From assembly GCA_963812015.1 (NCBI GenBank), contig CAWETI010000003.1, forward strand, positions 1,984,001-2,048,000: a DNA stretch of 64,000 nt. The letters are read 5' to 3'. Each line of letters begins with the position of its first letter. Position 1 is the stretch's first letter. Origin of the DNA: an uncultured delta proteobacterium (GTDB taxonomy: Bacteria; Desulfobacterota; Desulfobaccia; Desulfobaccales; 0-14-0-80-60-11). The notes under the pieces are model-generated. The model had not been told where the DNA came from. It did no database searches and saw only the letters and a list, made by a program, of their open reading frames with translations. This document shows positions 1 to 11,066 of the stretch, one piece after another. A program made the translations under genes and the position numbers.

Positions 1-765
1 TCGTTTCACGGCCCGGGCGGCATCCATGGCTACGTTGCCGCAACCCACAATCAACACTTTCTCGCCCAGAGGCGGAAGCTGCCCCTGAGCCACCTGGCGC
101 AAAAAGGGAAGCGCCAGATGCACCCCGTCTGCGTGCATCCCGGGAACCGGCAGGCTTCGGCCTTTCTGCAAGCCGATGGCCAGCATAATAGCTTGATAGC
201 CTCGTTCGCGTAAGTCCTGGAGGGAAAAATGCTTTCCCCAGGTCTGGCCGGTGCGGAACTCTGCTCCCAAGGCTTCCAATTCTTTCAGGTCCTCCCACAC
301 CACGGCTTTGGGGAGGCGAAACTTGGGCACCACCTGCATGGGCATGCCCCCGGGCTCTGATTCCCGCTCGAAGAGCGTCACCGGATAACCCTGGAGCAGC
401 AAATCCCGTGCGGCCGCCAAGCCGGCCGGACCGCTACCGACGATGGCCACGCGCTGGGGCCGGGTCAAGGAGGCCCGCTTATAGCGGCGCCGCCGGTATT
501 CCCGGGTATGGTCCATGACAAAGCGCTTTAAGGCCCGAATGGCCAGGGGGCCTTCCACATATTGCCGCCGACAGGCATCTTCACACGGATGGGCACAGAT
601 AGAGGCGCAGACGGAAGCAATCACATTGTTCGCCGTGATCACTTCCATGGCTTCTTCATAACGGCCCTGGAAGATGAGGCCGACATAGCCCCTGGCATCG
701 GTGCCCACCGGACAGGCGGCAGTGCAGGGAGGGAGCAACTCTTCCCGACTCTTGGATTCCATCAT
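1..765 (-). CDS. GltD/SudA-like FAD-dependent Fe-S oxidoreductase, 5' part (runs off the window)
   Basis: Not in the ORF track; hand translation from ATG 765 gives MMESKSREELLPPCTAACPVGTDARGY...SICAHPCEDACRR...AIRALKRF...VAIVGSGPAGLAAA, i.e. a two-cluster Fe-S domain followed by a Rossmann motif. Confidence 0.85.
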   Translation of the reverse strand, partial: MMESKSREELLPPCTAACPVGTDARGYVGLIFQGRYEEAMEVITANNVIASVCASICAHPCEDACRRQYVEGPLAIRALKRFVMDHTREYRRRRYKRASLTRPQRVAIVGSGPAGLAAARDLLLQGYPVTLFERESEPGGMPMQVVPKFRLPKAVVWEDLKELEALGAEFRTGQTWGKHFSLQDLRERGYQAIMLAIGLQKGRSLPVPGMHADGVHLALPFLRQVAQGQLPPLGEKVLIVGCGNVAMDAARAVKR

Positions 766-998
766 CTTTCCTCGCTGATGGTGGGGGCAAGGCTAATACC
801 AGAGGATCATACCACATCCTGCCATGATTGAGATACCTCGTTCAGGTCTTCGCAGGTTTAGGCGATAGCTTATTTTATGGCCTGGCGGAATATTTTGTCC
901 GGCTGGCAACTAACTGCTAGAAAAATTACGCATTCCATTTTGCCTTGGCAAACCAAAGAGTTATAATGTCACCAAATCAGTTTAGCCGGACATTCCCT

Positions 999-2339
999 AT
1001 GACGCCTGGTCTAGCCATTCTCATCGTCGATGATGAACCCAACATCCGCAAGACCCTGTCGATGGTTTTGGAGGCAGAGGGCCATCGCGTGGTAGCCGTG
1101 AGCAATTTTAAGGACGCGGTGGCCGAATCCTCCCGCCGGTTTTTTGATATGGCCCTGGTGGATTTGCGCCTGGGAACGGAGTCGGGACTGGAATTGATCC
1201 CGGCTCTGCTGACCAATTGTCCCTGGCTGAAGATCGTGGTGATCACGGCCTACGCTTCCATCGACACGGCAGTGGAAGCCATGCGCCGGGGCGCCTTTGA
1301 CTACCTGCCCAAGCCGTTCGCCCCCGAACAGGTGATGCTGGTAATCCGCAAGATCGCCGAGGTACGAACGCTGGAGCAGCGGGTGGCAGCGCTCCAGGAA
1401 GCCCTCAACGAGGCCGCGCCGGAGGCGGATCTGAGCAGCCGGAGCGTGGCCATGCAAAAAACCCTGGCGCTGGCCCAACGGGTGGCGGACAGCGACGCCA
1501 CCCTGTTGATTCGGGGGGAAAGCGGCACGGGCAAGACCATCCTGGCCCGGGCGATCCATGCCTGGGGGCGTCGCGCCGCCAGAAATTTTAGTGTGATCTC
1601 TTGCCCTTCCTTGTCGGCGGAGCTTTTGGAGAGCGAACTGTTCGGCCATGTCAAAGGGGCCTTTACCGGGGCGCTGCGGGATCATTTGGGGCGGATTGCC
1701 GCTTGCGAGGGCGGCACCCTGTTCCTCGACGAAATCGGGGACTTACCGCTGCCGTTGCAGGCCAAGCTGTTGCGGGTGCTCCAAGAAAAAGAGTACGAAC
1801 GGGTCGGCGAGGTGGCAACCCGCAAGGCCGACGTCCGGATCATTACGGCCACCAGCGTTGATCTGGCCGCGGCGGTCAAGGCCGGCCGGTTTCGGGAAGA
1901 TCTGTTCTATCGCTTAAACGTGGTGGATATTGTAGTGCCGCCTTTGCGCGAGCGCCAAGAGGATATCCTGCCCCTGGCGGAGCGCCTGCTGGCTTTTTTG
2001 GCCCGACAGAACCATCGCCGCATCCTGGGTTTCAGCGAGGCGGCTGAAGCGGCGCTCCAACACTACCCCTGGCCCGGCAACGTCCGGGAATTGCGCAATG
2101 TCATCGAGCGGGCGGTCCTGCTGGGTACGGGTCAGACCATTGGCGTGGAGTGTATGCCGATGCACCTCACCCCGGGGCCGCTTTCGCCTCACGTGGGGGA
2201 TCCGGTGCCCCTGGAGGCCATCGAGGAATTGCATATCCGCCAGGTGCTGGCGGCCAGTAAATCTTTGGATGAGGCGGCCAGGATTCTGGGCATGGACCCG
2301 GTCACCCTCTGGCGCCGACGCAAAAAATACGGCGTGTGA
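999..2339 (+). CDS. Sigma54-dependent response regulator (REC-AAA+-HTH, AlgB-like)
   Basis: ILIVDDE receiver, [15 protein letters not shown]-terminal Fis HTH; ATG 999 preferred over the track start at 945. Confidence 0.92.
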   Translation: MTPGLAILIVDDEPNIRKTLSMVLEAEGHRVVAVSNFKDAVAESSRRFFDMALVDLRLGTESGLELIPALLTNCPWLKIVVITAYASIDTAVEAMRRGAFDYLPKPFAPEQVMLVIRKIAEVRTLEQRVAALQEALNEAAPEADLSSRSVAMQKTLALAQRVADSDATLLIRGESGTGKTILARAIHAWGRRAARNFSVISCPSLSAELLESELFGHVKGAFTGALRDHLGRIAACEGGTLFLDEIGDLPLPLQAKLLRVLQEKEYERVGEVATRKADVRIITATSVDLAAAVKAGRFREDLFYRLNVVDIVVPPLRERQEDILPLAERLLAFLARQNHRRILGFSEAAEAALQHYPWPGNVRELRNVIERAVLLGTGQTIGVECMPMHLTPGPLSPHVGDPVPLEAIEELHIRQVLAASKSLDEAARILGMDPVTLWRRRKKYGV

Positions 2340-2346
2340 CCCTCTC

Positions 2347-2391
2347 TTGCATTTTGCAATATCTGCACCAGCCATACCCTGCATCTTGAAA
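2347..2391. promoter_or_regulatory. Candidate enhancer-binding-protein sites (TTGCATTTTGCAA and CTGCATCTTGAAA)
   Basis: Dyad sequence plus a degenerate second copy about 80-120 bp upstream of a sigma54 promoter. Confidence 0.45.
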
Positions 2392-2466
2392 CCTCACCTT
2401 GCGGTTCAAGCCGCGCCGACTTATTAATTAAGTAAGTATTTTAGCCAATTAAAAATTACCGACCAT

Positions 2467-2482
2467 CGGCATGGGGATTGCA
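2467..2482 (+). promoter_or_regulatory. Sigma54 -24/-12 promoter for the kinase-kdp operon
   Basis: CGGCATGGGGATTGCA: GG at 2468 and GC at 2480, canonical 12-nt offset. Confidence 0.65.
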
Positions 2483-2506
2483 TTCTCTCCGCTAGGGAGC
2501 AATTCT

Positions 2507-4336
2507 ATGGGTATCAGAACCAAAATGGTAATTGCCTTCGCCGGCCTTTTGCTGATTGTAGCCGCGGTGGGCGTGGAGAGCATCTATACCCTCAATGAAT
2601 CAAGCAAGGCCATAGCACTCATCTTGCGAGAAAATTATGACTCGGTGGCAGCTTGTGACCATATGAAGGGGGCCCAGGAGAAACTTGATCGCCAGGCTGA
2701 GCTGTGCTTGTTAGAAGACCGGCCTGACGTCTGCCGGCAAAGCGAGCCGGTCTTGGTTGAGTTCGAGAAGAGCCTGGGAATTCAACAGGGCAACGTCACC
2801 CTTCCCGGCGAGCAGGAACTCACCGATAAGCTCACGGCTGCTTGGAAAGGCTACAGGCAAGATCTGGAAAATTTCTACAAACTGGCTGATCTAACCGCAC
2901 GTCGAGAATTATATCGCCAGCGGCTCCTGCCGCAATCCCAGGCAATCAGGGAGGGGGCTCAAAAAATCATCGATGCGAATTTAAACAATATGGTGGCCGC
3001 GGACGGCCAGGCCCAACTTCGGGTGGCTCAGACCAGAAAGGCCATGCTCTTTTTACTGTTCATCGCCATCATCATGGGCGCCGGCTTCACTCTCCTGGCG
3101 GGACCGGCGATTTTGAAACCCATTGCCAGCCTAACCCGGTCAGTCAGGGAAATCCAGAAGGGCAACCTAGATCTGGTGGTCAACGTCCACTCCCAGGACG
3201 AAATCGGGCAATTGGGCGAAGCCTTTAATCAGATGGCCACGAGCCTGCGAGAGTTCAGGCGCAGCGACCGGGCCCACCTGTTGCGCACCCAGCATTCGAC
3301 CCAACTGGCCTTGGACAGTCTGAGCGATGCCGTGGCCATTTGCAACTGTGAGGGAAAGATTGATCTGGCCAATGATGCCGCCCAGCGCCTCTTTGGGTTG
3401 GTGCCCGAATCAACGGTGGATGAGGCGGGAAATGAAAAAATCGCCCAGATGTTCGTGCGGGTCTGCCAAGAGGAGCGTTCTTTTCAGCCCAAGGGTTATG
3501 ACGCGGCGATCCAGATCTTTATGGGAGAAGAAGAGCATTTTTTCCTGCCCCAGGCTATTCCCATCTTTGATCAACCACGTCAACTCGTGGGGGTAACCCT
3601 AATGCTTACGGATGTGACGCGCTTGCGCCGTCTGGATGAGGTCAAGAACGGCTTGATTTCCACGGTCTCTCATGAGTTGAAAACGCCCCTGACCTCGATG
3701 CGCTTGGCGATTCATGTGCTCCTGAACGAAAAGCTCGGTCCTTTATCCCCCCAACAGATGGAGATTCTGGCCACGGCGCGCCAGGATAGCGATCGCCTGA
3801 ATCGGGTTATTGAAGATCTGCTGGATATCAGCCTCATAGAGTCGGGCGGCGCTGAGATTCAGTTGGAGCCGGTCAATGTGGAAAACCTGGTCTTGCAGGT
3901 GGCGGAAAAAGTGAGATCGGCTTTCCTGGATAAGAAAATCACGCTGCACCTTGATGTGGCGGCGGATGTGCCGCAGGTGCTCATCGATCCTACCCGCTTT
4001 CAGTTGGTGTTCGATAATCTTCTCAATAACGCGCTTAAATACACGCCTTCCGGTGGTAAGGTGAGCATTGCGGCCCGCTCCAAAGATAGCATGGTTCAAT
4101 TTGTCGTGAAGGATTCCGGCATTGGTATTGCCCCGGAGTACCTGCCCCGCATCTTCGAAAAGTTCTTCCGGGTGCCGGGACAAGACCATATCGGCTCGGG
4201 CCTAGGCCTTACTATTGCTAAAGAAATCGTAGAAGCGCACCACGGCACCATTACTGTCGCCAGCCAGCCGAGAAAGGGGACTAAATTTACCTTTTCCGTA
4301 CAGGCCGTGACAGAGCGCGGAACAGAGCTAATCTGA
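2507..4336 (+). CDS. Membrane sensor histidine kinase (periplasmic four-helix, HAMP, PAS, HisKA, HATPase; KinB-like)
   Basis: Two TM segments, HAMP (DEIGQLGEAFNQM), H-box SHELKTPLT, N/G boxes; ATG 2507 follows AGGGAG RBS. Confidence 0.9.
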   Translation: MGIRTKMVIAFAGLLLIVAAVGVESIYTLNESSKAIALILRENYDSVAACDHMKGAQEKLDRQAELCLLEDRPDVCRQSEPVLVEFEKSLGIQQGNVTLPGEQELTDKLTAAWKGYRQDLENFYKLADLTARRELYRQRLLPQSQAIREGAQKIIDANLNNMVAADGQAQLRVAQTRKAMLFLLFIAIIMGAGFTLLAGPAILKPIASLTRSVREIQKGNLDLVVNVHSQDEIGQLGEAFNQMATSLREFRRSDRAHLLRTQHSTQLALDSLSDAVAICNCEGKIDLANDAAQRLFGLVPESTVDEAGNEKIAQMFVRVCQEERSFQPKGYDAAIQIFMGEEEHFFLPQAIPIFDQPRQLVGVTLMLTDVTRLRRLDEVKNGLISTVSHELKTPLTSMRLAIHVLLNEKLGPLSPQQMEILATARQDSDRLNRVIEDLLDISLIESGGAEIQLEPVNVENLVLQVAEKVRSAFLDKKITLHLDVAADVPQVLIDPTRFQLVFDNLLNNALKYTPSGGKVSIAARSKDSMVQFVVKDSGIGIAPEYLPRIFEKFFRVPGQDHIGSGLGLTIAKEIVEAHHGTITVASQPRKGTKFTFSVQAVTERGTELI

Positions 4337-4367
4337 AAACTAACCAAAGCACAAGGAGTTATTGCTT

Positions 4368-4466
4368 ATGGACGTCGTCTGGATAATCATCCCCCTCATT
4401 TTCTTTGGCGTATGTCTGGCCTACGTCGGCTTCTTGGCCAAGGAGGGCAAGACATGGAAAACCTGA
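4368..4466 (+). CDS. 32-aa hydrophobic single-TM peptide upstream of kdpF
   Basis: AAGGAG RBS, MDVVWIIIPLIFFGVCLAYVGFLAKEGKTWKT*, overlaps the kdpF start. Confidence 0.6.
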   Translation: MDVVWIIIPLIFFGVCLAYVGFLAKEGKTWKT

Positions 4467-4537
4467 TCGTGGGCGGCGTGGCCATTGTTTTGATCATCTA
4501 TCTTTTTGTGGTATTGCTGCGCCCTCATAAGTTTTAA
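4454..4537 (+). CDS. kdpF: K+-transporting ATPase subunit F
   Basis: MENLIVGGVAIVLIIYLFVVLLRPHKF*, matching the KdpF YL..LLRPEKF motif; AGGAGG RBS; directly before kdpA. Confidence 0.88.
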   Translation: MENLIVGGVAIVLIIYLFVVLLRPHKF

Positions 4538-4552
4538 CCGGGAGAAACCTGT

Positions 4553-6355
4553 ATGAACGTGAATGGCTGGATACAGTTAGCTTTTTTCAGCATCCTGCTG
4601 TTGGCCCTGACGAAACCCATGGGCCTGTACCTGGTGCGGGTGCTTGATGTCAACGGGCGAACCTGCCTCGATCCGGCGTTGAAGCCGGTGGAACGCCTGA
4701 TCTATCGTGTCGCCGGGATTGATCCGGCCAAAGAGCAGGATTGGAAGGGCTATGCTATTTCCGTCCTGATCTTCAGCCTGGTCACCATGCTGTTGACTTA
4801 CCTCATCCTGCGGCTGCAAGGGGTGCTGCCCCTTAATCCCCAGGGGTTTAGTGGGGTGGCCGGTGATCTTTCCTTCAATACCGCCGCCAGTTTCACTACC
4901 AACACCAACTGGCAGAACTACAGCGGTGAAAGCACCATGTCTTATATTTCCCAGATGGTGGGGTTGGCTTCGCACAACTTCTTCTCGGCCGCGGTGGGGA
5001 TCGCCATTGCTGCGGCCCTGGTCCGGGGCATCGCCCGGGATAAGGCGGCGACCCTGGGCAACTTCTGGACTGATCTGACCCGGACCTGCCTCTATCTGCT
5101 ACTGCCTATCTGTCTGGTTTTTGCGGTGTTCCTGGTCTCCCAGGGGATGATCCAGAACTACAGCGCCTACACGACCGCCAAGGTGGTGGAACCTTATACC
5201 ACCCAGATCCCCAAAAAAGACGCCGGCGGCCAGGAGGTCAAGGACGCCCAGGGCAACACGGTCATGCAAGACGTCAAAGTCGAAACCCAGACGATTCCCC
5301 AAGGCCCCGTGGCCTCCCAGGTGGCCATCAAGATGCTGGGCACCAACGGCGGCGGCTTTTTCAACGCCAATGCCGCGCATCCCTTTGAGAACCCAACGCC
5401 GCTGTCGAATTTTATTCAGATATTATCCATCTTCTTGATACCTGCGGGCATGACCTATTACCTGGGCCGTATGGTGGGCAACCAGAAACACGGCTGGTCG
5501 GTGTGGTCCGCCATGTTCCTGCTGTTCCTGGTGGGGATCCTGGTCTGTTGGTACGCCGAGGCGCACGGTAACCCCCGCCTGACGGCCTTGGGGATCGACC
5601 AAACCTGCGGCAACCTGGAAGGCAAGGAAGTGCGGTTCGGCATCTTCAATTCTTCGCTGTTCGCCACAGTGACCACGGATGCCTCGTGCGGCGCGGTCAA
5701 CTCCATGCACGACTCCTTCACGCCGCTGGGCGGGCTGGTACCGATGTTTAATATCCAGTTGGGCGAGGTCGTCTTCGGCGGGGTGGGCGCCGGCCTCTTC
5801 GGCATGTTAGTCTTTGTCGTGCTGGCCATCTTCCTGGCCGGCCTCATGGTGGGCCGCACCCCGGAATACCTGGGAAAGAAGATCGAGTCCTTTGACGTCC
5901 AGGTGGCGGCCCTGGCCATTCTGGTGCCCATTGTGTTTCTGCTGGGCTTCAGCGCCGCGGCCGCTACGACCGAGTGGGGAGTCAAGGCCCTGAACAATGC
6001 CGGTCCTCACGGTTTCAGCGAAATGCTCTATGCCTTTACTTCGTGTATCGGCAATAATGGCAGCGCCTTTGCGGGCCTCTCGGGCAATACTCCTTGGTAT
6101 AATTTGACGCTTGGTCTGGCCACGCTCGTCGGGCGCTTCCTGCTCATCGTGCCGGTGCTGGCCCTGGCCGGGAGCCTGGGGCGCAAAAAGACCGTACCCC
6201 AAAGTGCCGGCAGTTTTCCGGTCTCCGGGCCCACCTTCACCTTTCTGCTTATCGGCACCGTAGTCATCGTCGGGGCCCTGACCTTCTTCCCGGCCCTTAG
6301 TCTCGGCCCCATTGTCGAGCACTTCTTGATGATCAACTCTAACAAACTGTTTTAA
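4553..6355 (+). CDS. kdpA: K+-transporting ATPase subunit A
   Basis: [30 protein letters not shown] and NNGSAFAG motifs. Confidence 0.97.
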   Translation: MNVNGWIQLAFFSILLLALTKPMGLYLVRVLDVNGRTCLDPALKPVERLIYRVAGIDPAKEQDWKGYAISVLIFSLVTMLLTYLILRLQGVLPLNPQGFSGVAGDLSFNTAASFTTNTNWQNYSGESTMSYISQMVGLASHNFFSAAVGIAIAAALVRGIARDKAATLGNFWTDLTRTCLYLLLPICLVFAVFLVSQGMIQNYSAYTTAKVVEPYTTQIPKKDAGGQEVKDAQGNTVMQDVKVETQTIPQGPVASQVAIKMLGTNGGGFFNANAAHPFENPTPLSNFIQILSIFLIPAGMTYYLGRMVGNQKHGWSVWSAMFLLFLVGILVCWYAEAHGNPRLTALGIDQTCGNLEGKEVRFGIFNSSLFATVTTDASCGAVNSMHDSFTPLGGLVPMFNIQLGEVVFGGVGAGLFGMLVFVVLAIFLAGLMVGRTPEYLGKKIESFDVQVAALAILVPIVFLLGFSAAAATTEWGVKALNNAGPHGFSEMLYAFTSCIGNNGSAFAGLSGNTPWYNLTLGLATLVGRFLLIVPVLALAGSLGRKKTVPQSAGSFPVSGPTFTFLLIGTVVIVGALTFFPALSLGPIVEHFLMINSNKLF

Positions 6356-6366
6356 GGACATTGACT

Positions 6367-8397
6367 ATGGCTGCCAAAATAAAAGCTCATTCGTTGTTTG
6401 ATAAGACGATACTCATACCGGCGATCTGGGATTCCTTTCGCAAACTGGCCCCGCGCCTGATGGTGCGGAACCCGGTGATGTTTGTGGCCATGGTGGGAGC
6501 AGTAGTGACCACGGCCAAGCTCTTCTATACTCCGCTCCACGGTGGGTCCTTCGGCTTTTTCGTGCAGATTGCCCTCTGGCTCTGGTTCACGGTGTTGTTC
6601 GCCAATTTTGCGGAGGCTATGGCAGAAGGCCGGGGCAAGGCCCAGGCGGCCACCCTGCGCAAGGCCCGCACCCAAACCCTGGCGAATCGGCGTCTCCCCA
6701 ATGGCGTCATCGAGACCGTGCCGGCAGAGTCCCTGCGCAAGGACGATATCTTCGTGGTCATAGCCGGGGAGGCGATCCCGGCGGATGGCGAAGTCATTCA
6801 GGGCGCCGCGACCGTGGATGAGTCGGCCATCACCGGTGAGTCCGCCCCGGTCATTCGCGAGGCCGGCGGCGACCGCAGCGCCGTGACCGGCGGCACCCGG
6901 GTGCTCTCGGATGAAATCGTGGTGCGGGTCACCGCCAACCCGGGGGAAAGTTTCATGGACCGGATGATCGGTCTCATCGAGGGGGCCAGCCGCCAGAAAA
7001 CCCCCAACGAAATCGCCCTGACCATCCTGCTGGCAGCCCTGACCATCATCTTTCTCGTGGTTATTGTAACCTTGAAACCCTTCGGGGCTTATGCCGGGGT
7101 AGCGTTTTCGGTCCCGGTCCTGGCCGCCTTGCTGGTCTGCCTGATCCCCACAACCATCGGGGGGCTGTTGAGCGCCATCGGCATTGCCGGCATTGACCGG
7201 CTGGTGCAGAAAAACGTGCTGGCCATGAGCGGCCGGGCCGCGGAGGCCGCGGGCGACGTGGACGTGCTGCTGCTGGACAAGACCGGGACCATCACCCTGG
7301 GCAATCGCCAGGCGGTGGAGTTCCTCCCCGCCCCCGGCGTGGAAGTGAAAGAACTGGCCAATGTGGCGCAACTGGCCTCCCTGGCTGATGAAACCCCTGA
7401 GGGCCGCAGCATCGTGGTGCTGGCCAAAGAACACGGCTTGCGGGGGCGGGACCTGCATGAGTTCCCCCAGGCCCGTTTCGTGCCTTTTTCGGCCAAGACC
7501 CGCATGAGCGGCCTCGATATCGACGGGGACCGCTTCCGGAAGGGGGCTGCGGATGCTGTGCGTGATTTTGTCGGCTCGTCACTGCCCAAAGAAGTGGAGG
7601 GCGAGATCGAGCGCATCGGCTTCTTGGGCGGCACGCCCCTGGTGGTGGCCAGCGCCGAAAAAGTCTTTGGCACCATTTATCTCAAAGACATTGTCAAGGG
7701 CGGTCTGCCGGACCGCTTTGAGCGCTTCCGGGCCATGGGGATCAAAACCATCATGATCACCGGCGACAATCCGCTGACCGCCGCGGCCATCGCCAAAGAG
7801 GCGGGGGTGGATGATTTCCTGGCCGAAGCCAAGCCCGAAGACAAGCTGGCCCTGATTCGCCGCCAGCAGGCGGCCGGACACCTGGTGGCCATGACCGGAG
7901 ATGGGACCAACGACGCGCCGGCGCTGGCCCAGGCCGACGTGGGGGTGGCCATGAATACCGGCACCCAGGCGGCCAAAGAGGCCGGCAACATGGTGGACCT
8001 GGATTCGAACCCGACCAAGCTCATCGAGGTCGTGGAAATCGGCAAACAGTTGCTCATGACCCGGGGAGCCCTGACTACCTTCAGCGTGGCCAACGATGTG
8101 GCCAAATACTTTGCCATCATCCCCGCCATGTTGATGGCGACCTTTCCGCAAATTGCCCCGTTCAATATCATGAAACTGGCGTCGCCGGAAAGCGCCATCC
8201 TCAGCGCGGTGATCTTCAACGCCCTGATTATCATTGCCCTGGTGCCCCTGGCCCTAAAAGGCATCAAGTTCCGGCCGTTAGGGGCGGTGGCGATCCTGCG
8301 GCGTAACTTGCTAATCTATGGTCTGGGCGGGGTGGTGGCGCCGTTCATCGGCATTAAGCTCATCGACTTGATTATCGTAGCCTTTCGACTGGTTTAA
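6367..8397 (+). CDS. kdpB: K+-transporting P-type ATPase subunit B
   Basis: [21 protein letters not shown]. Confidence 0.97.
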   Translation: MAAKIKAHSLFDKTILIPAIWDSFRKLAPRLMVRNPVMFVAMVGAVVTTAKLFYTPLHGGSFGFFVQIALWLWFTVLFANFAEAMAEGRGKAQAATLRKARTQTLANRRLPNGVIETVPAESLRKDDIFVVIAGEAIPADGEVIQGAATVDESAITGESAPVIREAGGDRSAVTGGTRVLSDEIVVRVTANPGESFMDRMIGLIEGASRQKTPNEIALTILLAALTIIFLVVIVTLKPFGAYAGVAFSVPVLAALLVCLIPTTIGGLLSAIGIAGIDRLVQKNVLAMSGRAAEAAGDVDVLLLDKTGTITLGNRQAVEFLPAPGVEVKELANVAQLASLADETPEGRSIVVLAKEHGLRGRDLHEFPQARFVPFSAKTRMSGLDIDGDRFRKGAADAVRDFVGSSLPKEVEGEIERIGFLGGTPLVVASAEKVFGTIYLKDIVKGGLPDRFERFRAMGIKTIMITGDNPLTAAAIAKEAGVDDFLAEAKPEDKLALIRRQQAAGHLVAMTGDGTNDAPALAQADVGVAMNTGTQAAKEAGNMVDLDSNPTKLIEVVEIGKQLLMTRGALTTFSVANDVAKYFAIIPAMLMATFPQIAPFNIMKLASPESAILSAVIFNALIIIALVPLALKGIKFRPLGAVAILRRNLLIYGLGGVVAPFIGIKLIDLIIVAFRLV

Positions 8398-8421
8398 GTT
8401 TTCTTGTAAGGGGAATGAATA

Positions 8422-9030
8422 ATGAATGCTCAGGAACTGTTACAGGAAGTCAAAATGTCGGTGCTGGTCACGGTGGTCCTGGTAATCTTGTTATGCGGGG
8501 TTTACCCCCTGGTGGTGTGGGGCATTGCCCAAATAGCTTTTCCAAGTCAAGCCAACGGCTCTTTGGTGGCACGACAGGGTCAGGTTGTGGGCAGCGCCCT
8601 CATTGCCCAAAATTTTACCAGCCCGCAGTATTTCCACCCGCGACCCTCGGCTGCGGGCGACGTCAGCTATGACGGCACCAGCTCCGGCGGCAGCAACCTA
8701 GGGCCCCTGTCTCAAAAGCTCGTGGATCAAATAAAGGAACGCCTGGCCGCGTATCGGGCAGAAAACCATCTGGCCCCCAATATTCCCATCCCGGCGGATG
8801 CCGTAACCGCCTCCGGAAGCGGCCTGGACCCCCACATCAGCCTGAAAAATGCGGAGATCCAGGCAGCCCGGGTGGCAATCGCCCGGGGACTAAACCTGGA
8901 CCAGGTCGCTCAACTCATTGAGACCTGTATTGACGGCCCTGGCCTGGGTTTCCTGGGTGAGCCGGGGGTCAATGTACTCAGGGCCAACCTGGCCCTGGAC
9001 GCGCTGGCGAGTGGGTCCCATGGCGGATGA
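8422..9030 (+). CDS. kdpC: K+-transporting ATPase subunit C
   Basis: YFHPRPSAAG, SGGSNLGP, TASGSGLDPHIS. Confidence 0.96.
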   Translation: MNAQELLQEVKMSVLVTVVLVILLCGVYPLVVWGIAQIAFPSQANGSLVARQGQVVGSALIAQNFTSPQYFHPRPSAAGDVSYDGTSSGGSNLGPLSQKLVDQIKERLAAYRAENHLAPNIPIPADAVTASGSGLDPHISLKNAEIQAARVAIARGLNLDQVAQLIETCIDGPGLGFLGEPGVNVLRANLALDALASGSHGG

Positions 9031-10171
9031 TAAAGCCCTCAGCTTCCTGCGCCTGATCCGCCGCTCCCAACGCGGGAAGCTGAAGGTCTATCTGGGGTAC
9101 GGGGCGGGGGTGGGAAAAACCTGGCAGATGCTCAAGGAAGGGCAGCGCCTGGCAAAAGAGGGTGTCGATGTGGTCGTGGGCCTGGTGGAGACCCATGGCC
9201 GGGAAGAAACGGCCCAACTCATCGAGGGTCTGGAAGTCGTTCCCCGCCGGCAGGTGCAGTATCGCGGCATCACCATCGAGGAGATGGACCTGGAAGCGGT
9301 CCTGGCCCGTCGGCCCGAAGTCGCCCTGGTGGACGAACTGGCCCACACCAATGTACCCGGGAGTAAAAACGTCAAACGCTACCAAGATATCCAGGATCTG
9401 CTGGCCGCGGGCATTCACGTCATCAGCACCCTCAACGTCCAGCATCTCGAAAGCCTCTATGATACCGTGGAGGCCCAGATCGGGGTGAAAGTCCATGAGC
9501 GGGTCCCTGATTCCGTCATGGCCGAGGCCGATGAGATCGTCAACGTGGATTTGGCCCCGGAGGATTTGCAGCAGCGGCTTAGGGAGGGCAAGATTTACCC
9601 GCATGAGCGGATCTCCACGGCCTTGGAGAACTTTTTTACGCGCGCCAACCTCAATCAACTGCGGGAGTTGACGCTCCGGGAACTTGCTTCCCAGATCGAC
9701 CTCAAACGCCGGGGTGAACCTGACGAGGAACAGGATACCGCCCCGGATCAGGTCATGGTATGCCTGAGCTCCCGCGGCCCCAACAGCGCCGCCCTGTTAC
9801 GCTATGGCTCCCGGCTGGCCGGCCGTCTGAACCGGAACTGGTATGCGGTCTATGTGCAGACGTCCCGGGAAGAGCCTACCACCATCGACGCGACCACCCA
9901 ACGCCAGCTTTCAGATACCTTGACGCTGGCCAAGCAATTAGGCGCCCAGGTCTTTCCTTACAAGGGTGAGGATGTGGTGGCGACCATTTTGCACTTTGCC
10001 AGGGAATACCGGGTAGGACACATCGTGATCGGCAAACCGGGCCCGCTACCCGCCTGGAGACGCTGGCTTGGAGGGAAAACTATTGTGGAGCAATTAATCC
10101 ACCACGCCCATGGCGTCACCATTGTCGTAGTGGATACCGGTTCAAAACCGGAAAAGGAAGCATCTCAATAG
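9020..10171 (+). CDS. kdpD: KdpD N-terminal sensor plus USP domain, without transmembrane or kinase domains
   Basis: GKLKVYLGYGAGVGKT, DELAHTN, USP domain, then stop; ATG 9020 overlaps the kdpC end. Confidence 0.88.
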   Translation: MADDKALSFLRLIRRSQRGKLKVYLGYGAGVGKTWQMLKEGQRLAKEGVDVVVGLVETHGREETAQLIEGLEVVPRRQVQYRGITIEEMDLEAVLARRPEVALVDELAHTNVPGSKNVKRYQDIQDLLAAGIHVISTLNVQHLESLYDTVEAQIGVKVHERVPDSVMAEADEIVNVDLAPEDLQQRLREGKIYPHERISTALENFFTRANLNQLRELTLRELASQIDLKRRGEPDEEQDTAPDQVMVCLSSRGPNSAALLRYGSRLAGRLNRNWYAVYVQTSREEPTTIDATTQRQLSDTLTLAKQLGAQVFPYKGEDVVATILHFAREYRVGHIVIGKPGPLPAWRRWLGGKTIVEQLIHHAHGVTIVVVDTGSKPEKEASQ

Positions 10172-10242
10172 AGGGTAAAATGGTTTTTCTTAGCAGGCCT
10201 ATTGCATAGATCAAGAAGAGAGAAAATACCAGATCACCGCTA

Positions 10243-10882
10243 GGGTCTGTAAATAATTCTGTGTAAATGGTAATCAAAACACAGGAGGATTTACAGGTGA
10301 CGATCGACGATGAAATCATTCAGCAGCTCCAGGAAGACCTCAAGGAGTGCAAGTATATAGATGATCTCTTGGGGAAAGATGGAGCCATTAAGAAACTCAT
10401 CAAGAAGACCGTCGAGCGTATGCTGGACGCCGAACTGACCGAACGTCTGGGTTATGAGAAGCATTCCCCTTCAGGAAAGGGGGCCGGCAACAGCCGCAAT
10501 GGTTCCAGCGCCAAGACTTTAATGATGACGCTTTAAGGAAACTGTCGTATCTGTCGTACCGGGCGATAGACCCAAAATGGACGATGCCACTGCGCAACTG
10601 GCCGTTTATTATCTCGTAATTTTCGATTATGTTTGAGGGGAGGTTAGGGATGGCCTTGACGTAACTCGGTCAGCTTTTCGAGCCAGAGCCGAAGGAGCGC
10701 TTCTCTCGCCGGCGCCTGCCTACACATTAGCAGGAGCCAGGCCAGGCAGTCAAGGCCGAGCGCAGCGAGCCGTAGGGTTAGCCTTGACAGGCTGCCGGCT
10801 CATGCTATTTTCTCAAGGTAGAGGCGAGAGAGGAAATTCAAAACTCAGAAAAACCCATTTACACAAAAAATCTTACAGTCTC
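10243..10882 (+). mobile_element. Internally deleted IS256-family element with both terminal inverted repeats
   Basis: Left IR GGGTCTGTAAATAATTCTGTGTAAATGG and right IR CCATTTACACAAAAAATCTTACAGTCTC; transposase N-terminus (LDAELTERLGYEKH...NSRNG) joined to a C-terminal remnant (KWTMPLRNW...FSIMFEGRL). Confidence 0.82.
10267..10640 (+). pseudogene. IS256 transposase remnant (catalytic core deleted)
   Basis: 89-aa N-terminal ORF followed by a broken C-terminal fragment. Confidence 0.8.
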
Positions 10883-11066
10883 CCTTGACCGGATAATCTT
10901 CTTTGATTGGCGACATTAGTTTGTTCACCCGGCCATTCTCATAGACCACCACGGTTTCCACCAGGGCTGCCACGTCCTCGGGATCATGGGTTATGAGTAT
11001 GACCGGGATGGTAAACCGCTCTTTAATCTTCAAGAGTGCCTGGCGCATCTTGGCCCGCAGCAGGGT
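10845..11066 (-). pseudogene. 3' remnant of a ModC/CysA-like ABC ATPase
   Basis: LLRAKMRQALLKIKERFTIPVILITHDPEDVAALVETVVVYENGRV is the post-Walker-B/H-loop segment; no Walker A present. Confidence 0.65.
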
